From the IMG/VR virus record IMGVR_UViG_3300037471_000830: a stretch of 64,000 nucleotides of DNA; one strand, written 5' to 3'. Shown here piece after piece: positions 56,536 to 64,000 of the stretch (position 1 is its first letter; each line of letters opens with the position of its first letter). This stretch comes from a virus (lineage: Duplodnaviria > Heunggongvirae > Uroviricota > Caudoviricetes). A model generated the notes under the pieces. The model searched no databases. It had not been told where the DNA came from and saw only the letters and a list, made by a program, of their open reading frames with translations. Made by a program: the position numbers and the translations under genes.

Positions 56536-56822
56536 CTTCGACAACTTGTTTTTTTACCCCCTCAGCGTAAATATATATAGATAAGAAGAAGAACAGAGAA
56601 AGCTAAAACGTTTACGCTGAGCGAGGCGAAAAACAAGTCCAAGCTAAGTCAACGCTGACAGGGCGGAACGGAAAACGCAGCCCCAAAGAAGCCGCCAACA
56701 TGACCCGAAGCTACCCACGCCGCCCCTCACCGGATTGGCGGTCTCCCAAGCCCCTCAAAACGCGCCGGAACGTGACCGCGCTCGCGGTGCTCGCCCCGGT
56801 CTTCTCGTTGCATCAAAGATCA

Positions 56823-56863
56823 GTCAGCACTGACTTGACAAACGCCAAGGCATCGGTTATCTT
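56823..56863 (+). promoter_or_regulatory. sigma70-like promoter (TTGACA - 17 nt - TATCTT) overlapped by GTCAGCACTGAC palindrome, upstream of terS
   Basis: TTGACA 56835..56840; -10-like 56858..56863. Confidence 0.4.
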
Positions 56864-56932
56864 TGGCGCTCCTTTCAAAGTCATATCCCAGGGCGCCTTC
56901 TCCAGCGCCCATTTTTTTGCCCATTCGAGCCC

Positions 56933-57565
56933 ATGAGCGAAACGCCCGCCAAGAAGCCGCTGACGCCGCGCCTCAAGGCGATTGCGGAAGCCCTGTGGAA
57001 GACCGGCGAGTTCAAGAGCCGCCGCGAGCTGGCAAAGCACCTGGAGGTCAGCGAGAGCGCCCTGGCCGCCTTCATCAAGATCGAGGACAAGGGCAAGGCC
57101 GTCGAGAAGGTCAAGGAGGCGGTCGAGGAGGCTGCGGTCGAGGCTGCGGTCGAGGAGCTGACGCTGCACCAGCGCCGCGTCCAGGACACCAAGGAGCAGC
57201 ACTACAAGATGGCCGAGCACATCGCCGGCTTCGTGTGGAAGGAGCTGCTCAAGGCCAAGTCCGAAGGCATCCCGTTCGGCGTGGTTGCGCCCAACATCAA
57301 GGCGCTGCACGAGGCGATGGCCGTGCTCAACAAGGCACGTGTCGAACGCTACGCGACCTTGGGCATCTCCGAGGACGACGTGGGCGAGGAGGAAGTGCCG
57401 GAGCTGTTCATCTCCGAGCTGACCCAGGAGCAGGTCGAGGAAATGCGCCTGGCTCAAGAAGATGACGACTCGGTAGGCGAAATGCCCGATCCCGAGGAAG
57501 ACCCTGGCAAGGGCGTCGTGGACACCACCGACGACGAGGACGACGGCGTGGAGGAGCTGTCCTGA
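56933..57565 (+). CDS. terS: terminase small subunit (putative)
   Basis: N-terminal HTH-like segment, highly acidic C-terminus, immediately upstream of and coupled to terL (ATGA). Confidence 0.55.
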   Translation: MSETPAKKPLTPRLKAIAEALWKTGEFKSRRELAKHLEVSESALAAFIKIEDKGKAVEKVKEAVEEAAVEAAVEELTLHQRRVQDTKEQHYKMAEHIAGFVWKELLKAKSEGIPFGVVAPNIKALHEAMAVLNKARVERYATLGISEDDVGEEEVPELFISELTQEQVEEMRLAQEDDDSVGEMPDPEEDPGKGVVDTTDDEDDGVEELS

Positions 57566-58839
57566 TGGCTGTCATGCGTCGTCGCTTCGACCTGCGTCTG
57601 CACGCCAAGCAGATGGAGGTCTTCCGTTGCAAGGCGCGCTTTCGGGTTGTGGTCGCCGGCCGACGCTGGGGCAAGACGGCCCTGTCGCGCGTGCTCATGA
57701 TCAAGGCCGCGCAGAAGCCGCGCCAGAAAATCTGGTACATCGCGCCGACCTACCGGATGGCAAAGCAGATCATGTGGACCGATCTGCTGGAAGCCATCCC
57801 GAAGAAGTGGATCGCCAAGGTCAACGAGACCACGCTGATGATCCGCCTGATCAACGGGTCGCGGATCGAGCTCAAGGGCGCCGACAAGTCCGACACGCTG
57901 CGCGGCGTGGGCATTCACTTCCTCGTGCTCGACGAGTTCCAGGACATGACGCCCGACACCTGGACCAAGGTGCTGCGCCCGACCCTGGCCGACACCCAGG
58001 GCGACGCCATCTTCATCGGCACCCCCAAGGCGTACAACTACCTCTACGAGCTTTACAAGCTCGGCCAGCGCGGCGACTTCTACACGGACAACAAGGGCAA
58101 GGTCCGCAAGAACCACTGGATGAGCTGGCAGTTCATGACTGCCACGAGCCCCTTCATTCCGCTGTCGGAGCTGGAGGCGGCCAAGCGCGACATGGACGAG
58201 AAGTCCTACAAGCAGGAGTTCGAGGCGTCCTTCGAGACCATGAGCGGCCGGGTGTACTACCCGTTCGACCGCAACGTCCACGTCGGCAGCTACGCCTTCA
58301 ACCCCAAGCTGCCGATTTGGGTGGGCATGGACTTCAACATCGACCCCATGTCGGCCGTGATCCTGCAAAAGCAGCCGGACGGCGCACTGTGGGCGGTGGA
58401 TGAGGTTGTGCTGGGCAGCTCCAACACCGAGGAGGTCTGCGAGGAGCTGGAGAAGCGGTACTGGCGCCACCAGGACCACACCGTCATCTACCCCGACCCC
58501 GCAGGCGGCCAGCGCCAGCACGCGCGAGGCGAGACCGACATCGACATCCTGCGCGAGAAAGGCTTTCGCAAGGTCAAGTACCGCCGCAAGCACCCCGCCG
58601 TCGCCGATCGCGTCAACGCCGTCAACCGCATGCTGCGCGCTGCGGACGGCTCCGTGCGCATGTTCGTCAACGAGAAGTGCAAGCACTTCATCGGCGCGCT
58701 GGAGCAGACCATCTACAAGAAGGGCTCCCGCGACGTGGACAAGGACGCCGGCGTGGAACACGCAGCGGACGCGGCCGGCTACTGCATCGAGCTGGAATTC
58801 CCGCTGCGCAAGATCGCTATCGCTGGCCTTTCGCGCTGA
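57565..58839 (+). CDS. terL: terminase large subunit
   Basis: Walker A VVVAGRRWGKT, Walker B/DE (FLVLDEFQDM), C-terminal RNaseH-like nuclease acidic residues; size 424 aa. Confidence 0.85.
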   Translation: MAVMRRRFDLRLHAKQMEVFRCKARFRVVVAGRRWGKTALSRVLMIKAAQKPRQKIWYIAPTYRMAKQIMWTDLLEAIPKKWIAKVNETTLMIRLINGSRIELKGADKSDTLRGVGIHFLVLDEFQDMTPDTWTKVLRPTLADTQGDAIFIGTPKAYNYLYELYKLGQRGDFYTDNKGKVRKNHWMSWQFMTATSPFIPLSELEAAKRDMDEKSYKQEFEASFETMSGRVYYPFDRNVHVGSYAFNPKLPIWVGMDFNIDPMSAVILQKQPDGALWAVDEVVLGSSNTEEVCEELEKRYWRHQDHTVIYPDPAGGQRQHARGETDIDILREKGFRKVKYRRKHPAVADRVNAVNRMLRAADGSVRMFVNEKCKHFIGALEQTIYKKGSRDVDKDAGVEHAADAAGYCIELEFPLRKIAIAGLSR

Positions 58840-58870
58840 CGCCTTTGTAAGTCATCACTGAGCTACAATC

Positions 58871-60520
58871 ATGGACGTGAAGAATCTCAAGCCCGGCGAA
58901 AGCGTCGTCGTCGATCTGACCAAGCTCTCTGCGGAGCAGGAACGCCTGCTCACCGGCGAGCAAAAGCGCCTGCGCCGGCTGATCGAGCGTCGCCACCCCG
59001 AGTACAAAAACAGCCTGTCGCACTGGCGCTTCCTTGAAGCCACCTATGAGGGCGGCCGAGACTGGTTCGACCGCAACGTCTTCAAGTTCTACAAGGAAGG
59101 CAAGGACGAGTTCGGCGATCGTGTTGCGCGGGCCTACCGCTTCAATCACACGAAGGAGGTTGTGGACTTGCTGAACAAGTACCTGTTCAAGCAGGCCATC
59201 GACCGAAACGACACTGCCCCGGAGAGTCTTCGGGCGTTCTGGAAGCGCGCCACGCGCAAGGGCCTGTCGATGACGGAGCTCGCGCGCCAAGTGAGCAAGC
59301 TCACGTCCATCGGCGGGCGCGTGGGCATCGTCGTGGACCGACCCAACACGTCCGCGCTGTCCGTGGCCGAGGCCAAGAAGGTCGAGAACCAGCCCTACGC
59401 CTATGTGGTCACGCAGCAGCAGTTGCTGGACTACTCGTTCGCCGAGGACGGCAAGCTCAATTGGGTGCTGATCCTGGAGTGCAAGCGCGACGACGAAGAC
59501 CCGATGGAGTCCGGTGGCGACGTGAAGGAGCGGTATCGCCTTTGGACCCGCAGTGGCTGGGAACTCTACGAGGAGCGCACCGAGGGCCGCAGGAAGAAGG
59601 TGGTCCTGATCGACAGCGGCGATCACAGCCTGGGCGAAGTGCCCGTCATCCTGGCCGACCACATCATCGGCGATGACGACTACGAGGCCCCGTCCCTGAT
59701 CGACGACATCGCCTACCTGGACCGCGCGGTCGCCAACTACCTCAGCAACCTGGACGCGATCATCCAGGACCAGACCTTCAGCCAGCTCGCCATGCCGGCG
59801 CAGAACCTGCTGCCTGGCGAGGAGGCGGCCAACAAGGTGATGGAGATGTCCACCAAGCGAGTCTTCCTCTACGACGGCGAGAACGGCGGCAAGCCCGAGT
59901 ACCTGTCGCCCGATCCGAAGCAGGCCGAGCTGATCCTGGCGGTGATCAACAAGATCATCTCCGAGATTTACCACACGGTCGGCCTCGCCGGCGAGCGCAC
60001 CAAGCAGGACAACGCCGTGGGCATCGACAACTCCAGCGGCGTGGCGAAGGCGTTCGACTTCGAGCGCGTGAACGCGCTGCTGGCGTCCAAGGCCGACGCG
60101 CTGGAGCTGGTGGAGAACCAGATCGCGCGCCTGGTGTGCCTGTGGAACGGCGAGAAGTACGAGGAAGACCTCGTGTCCTACGCCGACAACTTCGACACCC
60201 GCGATCTGTACGACGAATTCGACATCGCCAGCCGCCTGGTGCTCGTGGAGGCCCCGGACGCCGTGCGCCGCGTGCAGATGGCGACCCTGGTGGACAAGCT
60301 GTTCCCGCAGCTCAAGGCCGACATTCGCAAGGAGTTCGAGAAGGAGCTCAAGGACTGGCCGGCTGACCCCATGGAGGAAGCCATGAAGCTGGCCCAGGCC
60401 GCAGGCAAGGCTCCTACGGGCAGCATCAGCGCCAGCAAGGGCGGTGACAGTGCCAAGCCTGCGGCCGGATCGCCCAAGACCCCGACCCGCCAGGGTCAGG
60501 TCACGAAGGACACCAAGTAA
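58871..60520 (+). CDS. portal protein (putative)
   Basis: 549-aa protein immediately after terL and before scaffold/MCP; synteny-based. Confidence 0.6.
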   Translation: MDVKNLKPGESVVVDLTKLSAEQERLLTGEQKRLRRLIERRHPEYKNSLSHWRFLEATYEGGRDWFDRNVFKFYKEGKDEFGDRVARAYRFNHTKEVVDLLNKYLFKQAIDRNDTAPESLRAFWKRATRKGLSMTELARQVSKLTSIGGRVGIVVDRPNTSALSVAEAKKVENQPYAYVVTQQQLLDYSFAEDGKLNWVLILECKRDDEDPMESGGDVKERYRLWTRSGWELYEERTEGRRKKVVLIDSGDHSLGEVPVILADHIIGDDDYEAPSLIDDIAYLDRAVANYLSNLDAIIQDQTFSQLAMPAQNLLPGEEAANKVMEMSTKRVFLYDGENGGKPEYLSPDPKQAELILAVINKIISEIYHTVGLAGERTKQDNAVGIDNSSGVAKAFDFERVNALLASKADALELVENQIARLVCLWNGEKYEEDLVSYADNFDTRDLYDEFDIASRLVLVEAPDAVRRVQMATLVDKLFPQLKADIRKEFEKELKDWPADPMEEAMKLAQAAGKAPTGSISASKGGDSAKPAAGSPKTPTRQGQVTKDTK

Positions 60521-60589
60521 TCAATACCCGGCCGAGAGAGCGGCCGGTCTTCAACCCCCAACGACCGAGAGAAAGGTCAAGGAGTAAAC

Positions 60590-61426
60590 ATGCCTCTGTG
60601 GAAACAAGCCCTTCTGGCTCGCCTGAAGATGAACAAGGCCGACGACGGCCTGGGTGGCGGTGGTGGCGGTGGCGGCACCGACGACAAGGGCGGCGCTGAC
60701 AAGACCCCGCCCGAAGACAAGGGCGGCGACAAGAAGCCCACGGACGAGGAGGCCAAGCTGATCAAGGAGGTCATGAAGCGCAAGGAGGAAGCCCAGGCGC
60801 TCAAGGCCCAGCTCGACCAGGCCAATGGTCTCAAGGCTCAGCTCGACGCCCTGGGCGGCCTGGAGGCGCTGCAAGCACTGGTCAAGGAGCGCCAGGATGC
60901 CGAGACCAAGGCCCTGGAAGCCAAGGGCGACTACGAGCGCCTGAAGGGCAAGATGGCCGAGGCTCACGCCAAGGAAATCGACACCCTCAAGGCTCAGGTT
61001 GCCGAAGCCGGCAAGGCCGTCGAGGGTCTGAAGGCGCAGCTCATGGAAGCCACCGTGGGCAGCGAGTTCGGTCAGTCCTCGTTCATCAAGGACGAGCTGC
61101 TGCTGACGCCCTCCAAGACGCGCGCCCTGTACGGCTCGCATTTCGACTTCGTGGACGGCAAGGTGGTGGGCTATGACAAGCCGCGTGGTGCCGCCAGTCG
61201 CACGCCGCTGGTCGATGGTGCGGGCGTGCCCGTGAGTTTCGACGCCGCGATGAAGGCGATCATCGAAGCCGATCCCGAAAAGGATCACGTGCTCAAGAGC
61301 AAGGCCAAGCCTGGCGCCGGTAGCGATTCCAATCGCGGCGGCTCAACGCCGAAGAAGCCGGAATACTCCAGCGGCCTGGATCGTATTTCTGCAGGCCTGG
61401 CCCAATTGACCAAGGGCCAGAAGTAA
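60590..61426 (+). CDS. scaffolding protein (putative)
   Basis: Gly-run then long Ala/Lys/Glu coiled coil, located between portal and MCP. Confidence 0.55.
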   Translation: MPLWKQALLARLKMNKADDGLGGGGGGGGTDDKGGADKTPPEDKGGDKKPTDEEAKLIKEVMKRKEEAQALKAQLDQANGLKAQLDALGGLEALQALVKERQDAETKALEAKGDYERLKGKMAEAHAKEIDTLKAQVAEAGKAVEGLKAQLMEATVGSEFGQSSFIKDELLLTPSKTRALYGSHFDFVDGKVVGYDKPRGAASRTPLVDGAGVPVSFDAAMKAIIEADPEKDHVLKSKAKPGAGSDSNRGGSTPKKPEYSSGLDRISAGLAQLTKGQK

Positions 61427-61458
61427 TTCTGATCGCTGCCTTAATAAGTCACTGATGA

Positions 61459-61488
61459 CTTGACAATTTGGCATTGTCCATGTTATAT
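61459..61488 (+). promoter_or_regulatory. sigma70-like promoter (TTGACA - 17 nt - TTATAT) flanked by two copies of the AAGTCA-N4-TGACTT palindrome
   Basis: -35 TTGACA 61459..61464, -10 TTATAT 61482..61487; palindrome 61445..61460 overlaps -35, second palindrome 61491..61507. Confidence 0.55.
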
Positions 61489-61561
61489 TGTCAGTCATCG
61501 GTGACTAAGAGCGACGTTAGCCTCCGAAGCAATCCACCCCAATCTGTAGAAGGACACTGAG

Positions 61562-62479
61562 ATGCCTTTGCTTCGTGCTGTGGCTGACAAGCTCAGCGAG
61601 AACGATCTGGTTGCTGGCGTGATCACCGAGATCATCGACCGCGACGAACTGTTTGCCCTGGTGCCGTTCACCAAGACCAGCGGCAAGGCTTACGTTTACA
61701 ACCGTGAGCACCCCGACAACCTGGCGAACGAGATGTCCGGCTTCATCGCTTCCGGCGATGAGATCCAGGAGTCGAGCGCCGACTTCAACACCGTCACGAG
61801 CCTGCTCAAGATTCTGGCTGGCGACGTGGACGTGGACAAGTTCTCGATGGAAGTCGAGAGCGACGTGAACGACCAACTGGCGATCCAGATCGCCCTGAAG
61901 GCCAAGTACGTCGCCCGCAAGTTCCGCGAGAAGCTGATCAACGGCGACAGCGCGGTGAACCCGCTGGAGTTCGACGGCCTGAAGAAGTACGTGTCGCAGA
62001 CCGGCCGCGAGTTCGCTGCCGGTGCCAACGGCGCGGCTCTGAGCCTGGGCATGCTGGACGAGCTGGTGGACATGGTGCCGGCTGGCGTCGATGCGCTGAT
62101 GATGAACGGCCGCACGATCCGCAAGTACCGCGCCCTGCTGCGCGCCACGGGCGGCAACGACGCGGCGATGATGGAAATCCCCAACTTCGGCGTGCCGGTG
62201 CTGGGCTTCAACGGCATTCCCATCATCCGCAACGACTTCATCGCCACCAACGAGGCCCAGGGCACCGCGAACGACGCCACGTCGATCTACGCGCTGCGCC
62301 TGAACGAGCTGGACGGCTTCCATGCCCTGTTCGGCGGCGACGCTGCCGGCCTGCGCATCGAGTCGATCGGCACGGTGCAGAACAAGGACGCGCTGCGCAC
62401 CCGCGTGAAGTGGTACTGCGGCACCGCGCTGAAGTCCACGCTGAGCCTGGCCCGCCTGAAGGGCGTGACCGCTGCCTGA
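61562..62479 (+). CDS. major capsid protein (HK97-fold, putative)
   Basis: 305 aa, follows scaffold, strong promoter and RBS (GAAGGACACTGAGATG), strong terminator downstream; HK97-like composition. Confidence 0.65.
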   Translation: MPLLRAVADKLSENDLVAGVITEIIDRDELFALVPFTKTSGKAYVYNREHPDNLANEMSGFIASGDEIQESSADFNTVTSLLKILAGDVDVDKFSMEVESDVNDQLAIQIALKAKYVARKFREKLINGDSAVNPLEFDGLKKYVSQTGREFAAGANGAALSLGMLDELVDMVPAGVDALMMNGRTIRKYRALLRATGGNDAAMMEIPNFGVPVLGFNGIPIIRNDFIATNEAQGTANDATSIYALRLNELDGFHALFGGDAAGLRIESIGTVQNKDALRTRVKWYCGTALKSTLSLARLKGVTAA

Positions 62480-62505
62480 TAATAAGTCAGCACTGACGTA
62501 AAATA

Positions 62506-62533
62506 GGGCGTGAGGCAACTCACGCCCTTTTTC
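62506..62533 (+). terminator. rho-independent terminator (GGGCGTGAG-gcaac-CTCACGCCC + TTTTTC)
   Basis: perfect 9-bp stem plus T-run right after capsid gene. Confidence 0.7.
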
Positions 62534-62547
62534 ATGGAGCATACGAA

Positions 62548-63033
62548 ATGAAGCTGCGAGTCCCTGGCAACTACACCGGCGAATACGGCACGGTTCCCTT
62601 TGAAAACGGCGTGAGCACGCGCCTGGTGAGCCCGCGCGAGGCCAACCTGCTGCGCGCCATCATGACCGGCGTGGAGGTGCTGCAAGACGACGGCGAGACC
62701 GTGGACGAAGTGCTCAACGCCATGTTCCCGATCCTGCCGCTGGGCAACTACCTGGACGCCGGCACGGAGCCGCCCAGCCCCTATCTGACGCAGTGGGACG
62801 GCACCTATCCGCCCAAGCCTGACGCCGAAGCCATCGAGGCTGTCGTGCAGGCCGCGCCCGAAGCGCAGAAGCAGGTCGTGGCAGCCGGCGCCTGGACCCG
62901 CGAAGCCCTGGAGGCTGTGGCGGACGAGAAGGGCATCAACGGTTTGCGCGCCATTGGCGAGCCAGTGGGCGTCAAGGGTCGCTCCATCCCGGACCTGATC
63001 ACCGCGATCCTGGAAGCGCAGGCGAAGGGCTGA
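62548..63033 (+). CDS. hypothetical structural-module protein
   Basis: ORF track; RBS GGAGCATACGAAATG. Confidence 0.5.
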   Translation: MKLRVPGNYTGEYGTVPFENGVSTRLVSPREANLLRAIMTGVEVLQDDGETVDEVLNAMFPILPLGNYLDAGTEPPSPYLTQWDGTYPPKPDAEAIEAVVQAAPEAQKQVVAAGAWTREALEAVADEKGINGLRAIGEPVGVKGRSIPDLITAILEAQAKG

Positions 63034-63037
63034 TGCC

Positions 63038-63826
63038 ATGAACGTGATCCTTGCAGGAACCCCGTGCGAAGTCGCCAAGTCGTTCGAGGACAGCGCGGGG
63101 AACACGTTCAGCGTCCAGGCCGTGCGCTGGAGTGTGGTCAACGAGGAAGGTGTCGCGCTGACTGCCGTGACCGCGCTGGGCAGCTTCGTGGCGGGGTCGG
63201 CGGACGTGACGGTGACGGTGCCGGCAGAGGTCAATGCCCTGGCGGCGGGTGTCCCCAAGGGCTTGCGCGTGGTGCGCTTCGAGTGCCAGCTTGACAGTGG
63301 CGAGTGGGTCACGTTCGAGGAGGGCTATGTCGTCCAGGCCGCGCAGGCGCTCATCGTGGGGGTGAACTCGTTCCAGACCTACGCGCACGCGCAGATGACG
63401 GCGCTGGACCTGTCCCGCCTCAAGATGTGGGAGGGCGCCACCGAGGCACAGCGCGTAGCGGCCTTGAGCGAAGCCTTCCGCCGCCTGCGTCAGTACCGCT
63501 ACTACGTGGAGGTCGGACCCGCGCAAAACCGCCTGGCCGATACCTTCCAGGGCATGCTCGACGAGCTACTGCCAAGCGAATACCAAGCCCTGCCGGAAGT
63601 CTTCAAGCGCGCCCTGCGGCTGGCACAGGTGGCTGAAGCCGATGCAATCCTGGCCGGTCCAGACGAGACCGAGGAAAAGCGCGACGCCGGCATGACGATG
63701 GATTCCATCGACACCGTGAAGCAGATGTTCCGCTCCACGGTCAAGGTGCGGACCTATGTCTCCAAGGCTGCGCTGATGTGCGTGGGCCGCTACATCGACT
63801 ACTCCGTGAGGACTACCCGAGGATGA
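63038..63826 (+). CDS. hypothetical structural-module protein (head completion/connector candidate)
   Basis: ORF track. Confidence 0.5.
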   Translation: MNVILAGTPCEVAKSFEDSAGNTFSVQAVRWSVVNEEGVALTAVTALGSFVAGSADVTVTVPAEVNALAAGVPKGLRVVRFECQLDSGEWVTFEEGYVVQAAQALIVGVNSFQTYAHAQMTALDLSRLKMWEGATEAQRVAALSEAFRRLRQYRYYVEVGPAQNRLADTFQGMLDELLPSEYQALPEVFKRALRLAQVAEADAILAGPDETEEKRDAGMTMDSIDTVKQMFRSTVKVRTYVSKAALMCVGRYIDYSVRTTRG

Positions 63827-64000
63827 GCCCGCACCGTCAAGCCGCCATGGCGGCCCTTGCCACCTATCGGATGTTCCTCAGCGGGCTGCACGGCCGCGTG
63901 TTGGCACACCTGCCCAACGGCCAGGTCACGATGGCGGGGCTGCGCCAGCTCAACGCCGAGGCCATCGCCATGACGGGCACCTTGGTTCACGGGCTGACAG
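63823..64000 (+). CDS. hypothetical protein, 3' truncated by window end
   Basis: ATG 63823 overlapping previous stop (GGATGA); open to window end. Confidence 0.4.
   Translation, partial: MSPHRQAAMAALATYRMFLSGLHGRVLAHLPNGQVTMAGLRQLNAEAIAMTGTLVHGLT

Noticed and set aside
1-64000. Integrase, attachment sites or prophage boundaries
   Set aside because: No tyrosine or serine recombinase motifs and no flanking host-like genes were found. The window appears to be entirely phage DNA, so integration status cannot be assessed.

Overview
The window reads as a contiguous piece of a large, GC-rich (about 64%) tailed dsDNA phage genome; the GC content suggests a beta-proteobacterial host, but that is inference only. 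Almost every gene is on the + strand and tightly packed, with many ATGA/GTGA start-stop overlaps. Recognisable modules follow in order from start to end. (1) A T4-like replication/recombination/nucleotide-metabolism block: a bacterial-type C-family (DnaE-like) polymerase carrying a C-terminal UDG-like domain, a gp32-like SSB, a 5'-3' exonuclease/FEN, a UvsX/RecA recombinase, a SleB-type cell-wall hydrolase, Mre11/SbcD plus Rad50/SbcC, a RuvC-like resolvase, NrdA/NrdB, an SPFH/prohibitin protein, ThyX, MazG, a P-loop kinase and a DnaQ-like proofreading exonuclease. (2) About 16 kb of small hypothetical ORFs that includes an AAA+ ATPase, three tandem paralogs sharing a C-terminal WGEF tail, and a BrnT/BrnA toxin-antitoxin pair. 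(3) A roughly 3.8 kb repeat-dense region with little coding (42.9-46.75 kb), followed by a lower-GC island encoding an AT-hook/H-NS-like protein. (4) The only clear minus-strand operon, headed by a UvsW-like SF2 helicase. (5) An accessory cluster: two ParB-like proteins, a SprT-like HExxH peptidase, a minimal ABC ATPase, a DUF2829 (Tad2-like) protein, a thioredoxin, a GNAT-like protein and a wHTH protein. (6) The start of the structural module: TerS, TerL, portal, scaffold and an HK97-like major capsid protein. I found no rRNA, tRNA, CRISPR array or integrase. A palindromic motif (TCAGTCA..CTGA / AAGTCA-N4-TGACTT) recurs in intergenic DNA in front of more than 25 genes. There are many rho-independent terminators with GGGC-TTCG-GCCC or GGAGCC-loop-GGCTCC cores. 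Two inverted copies of a structured AT-rich-loop hairpin element lie at 43.3 kb and 56.55 kb. All functional calls rest on motif-level recognition by eye; no database search was possible.
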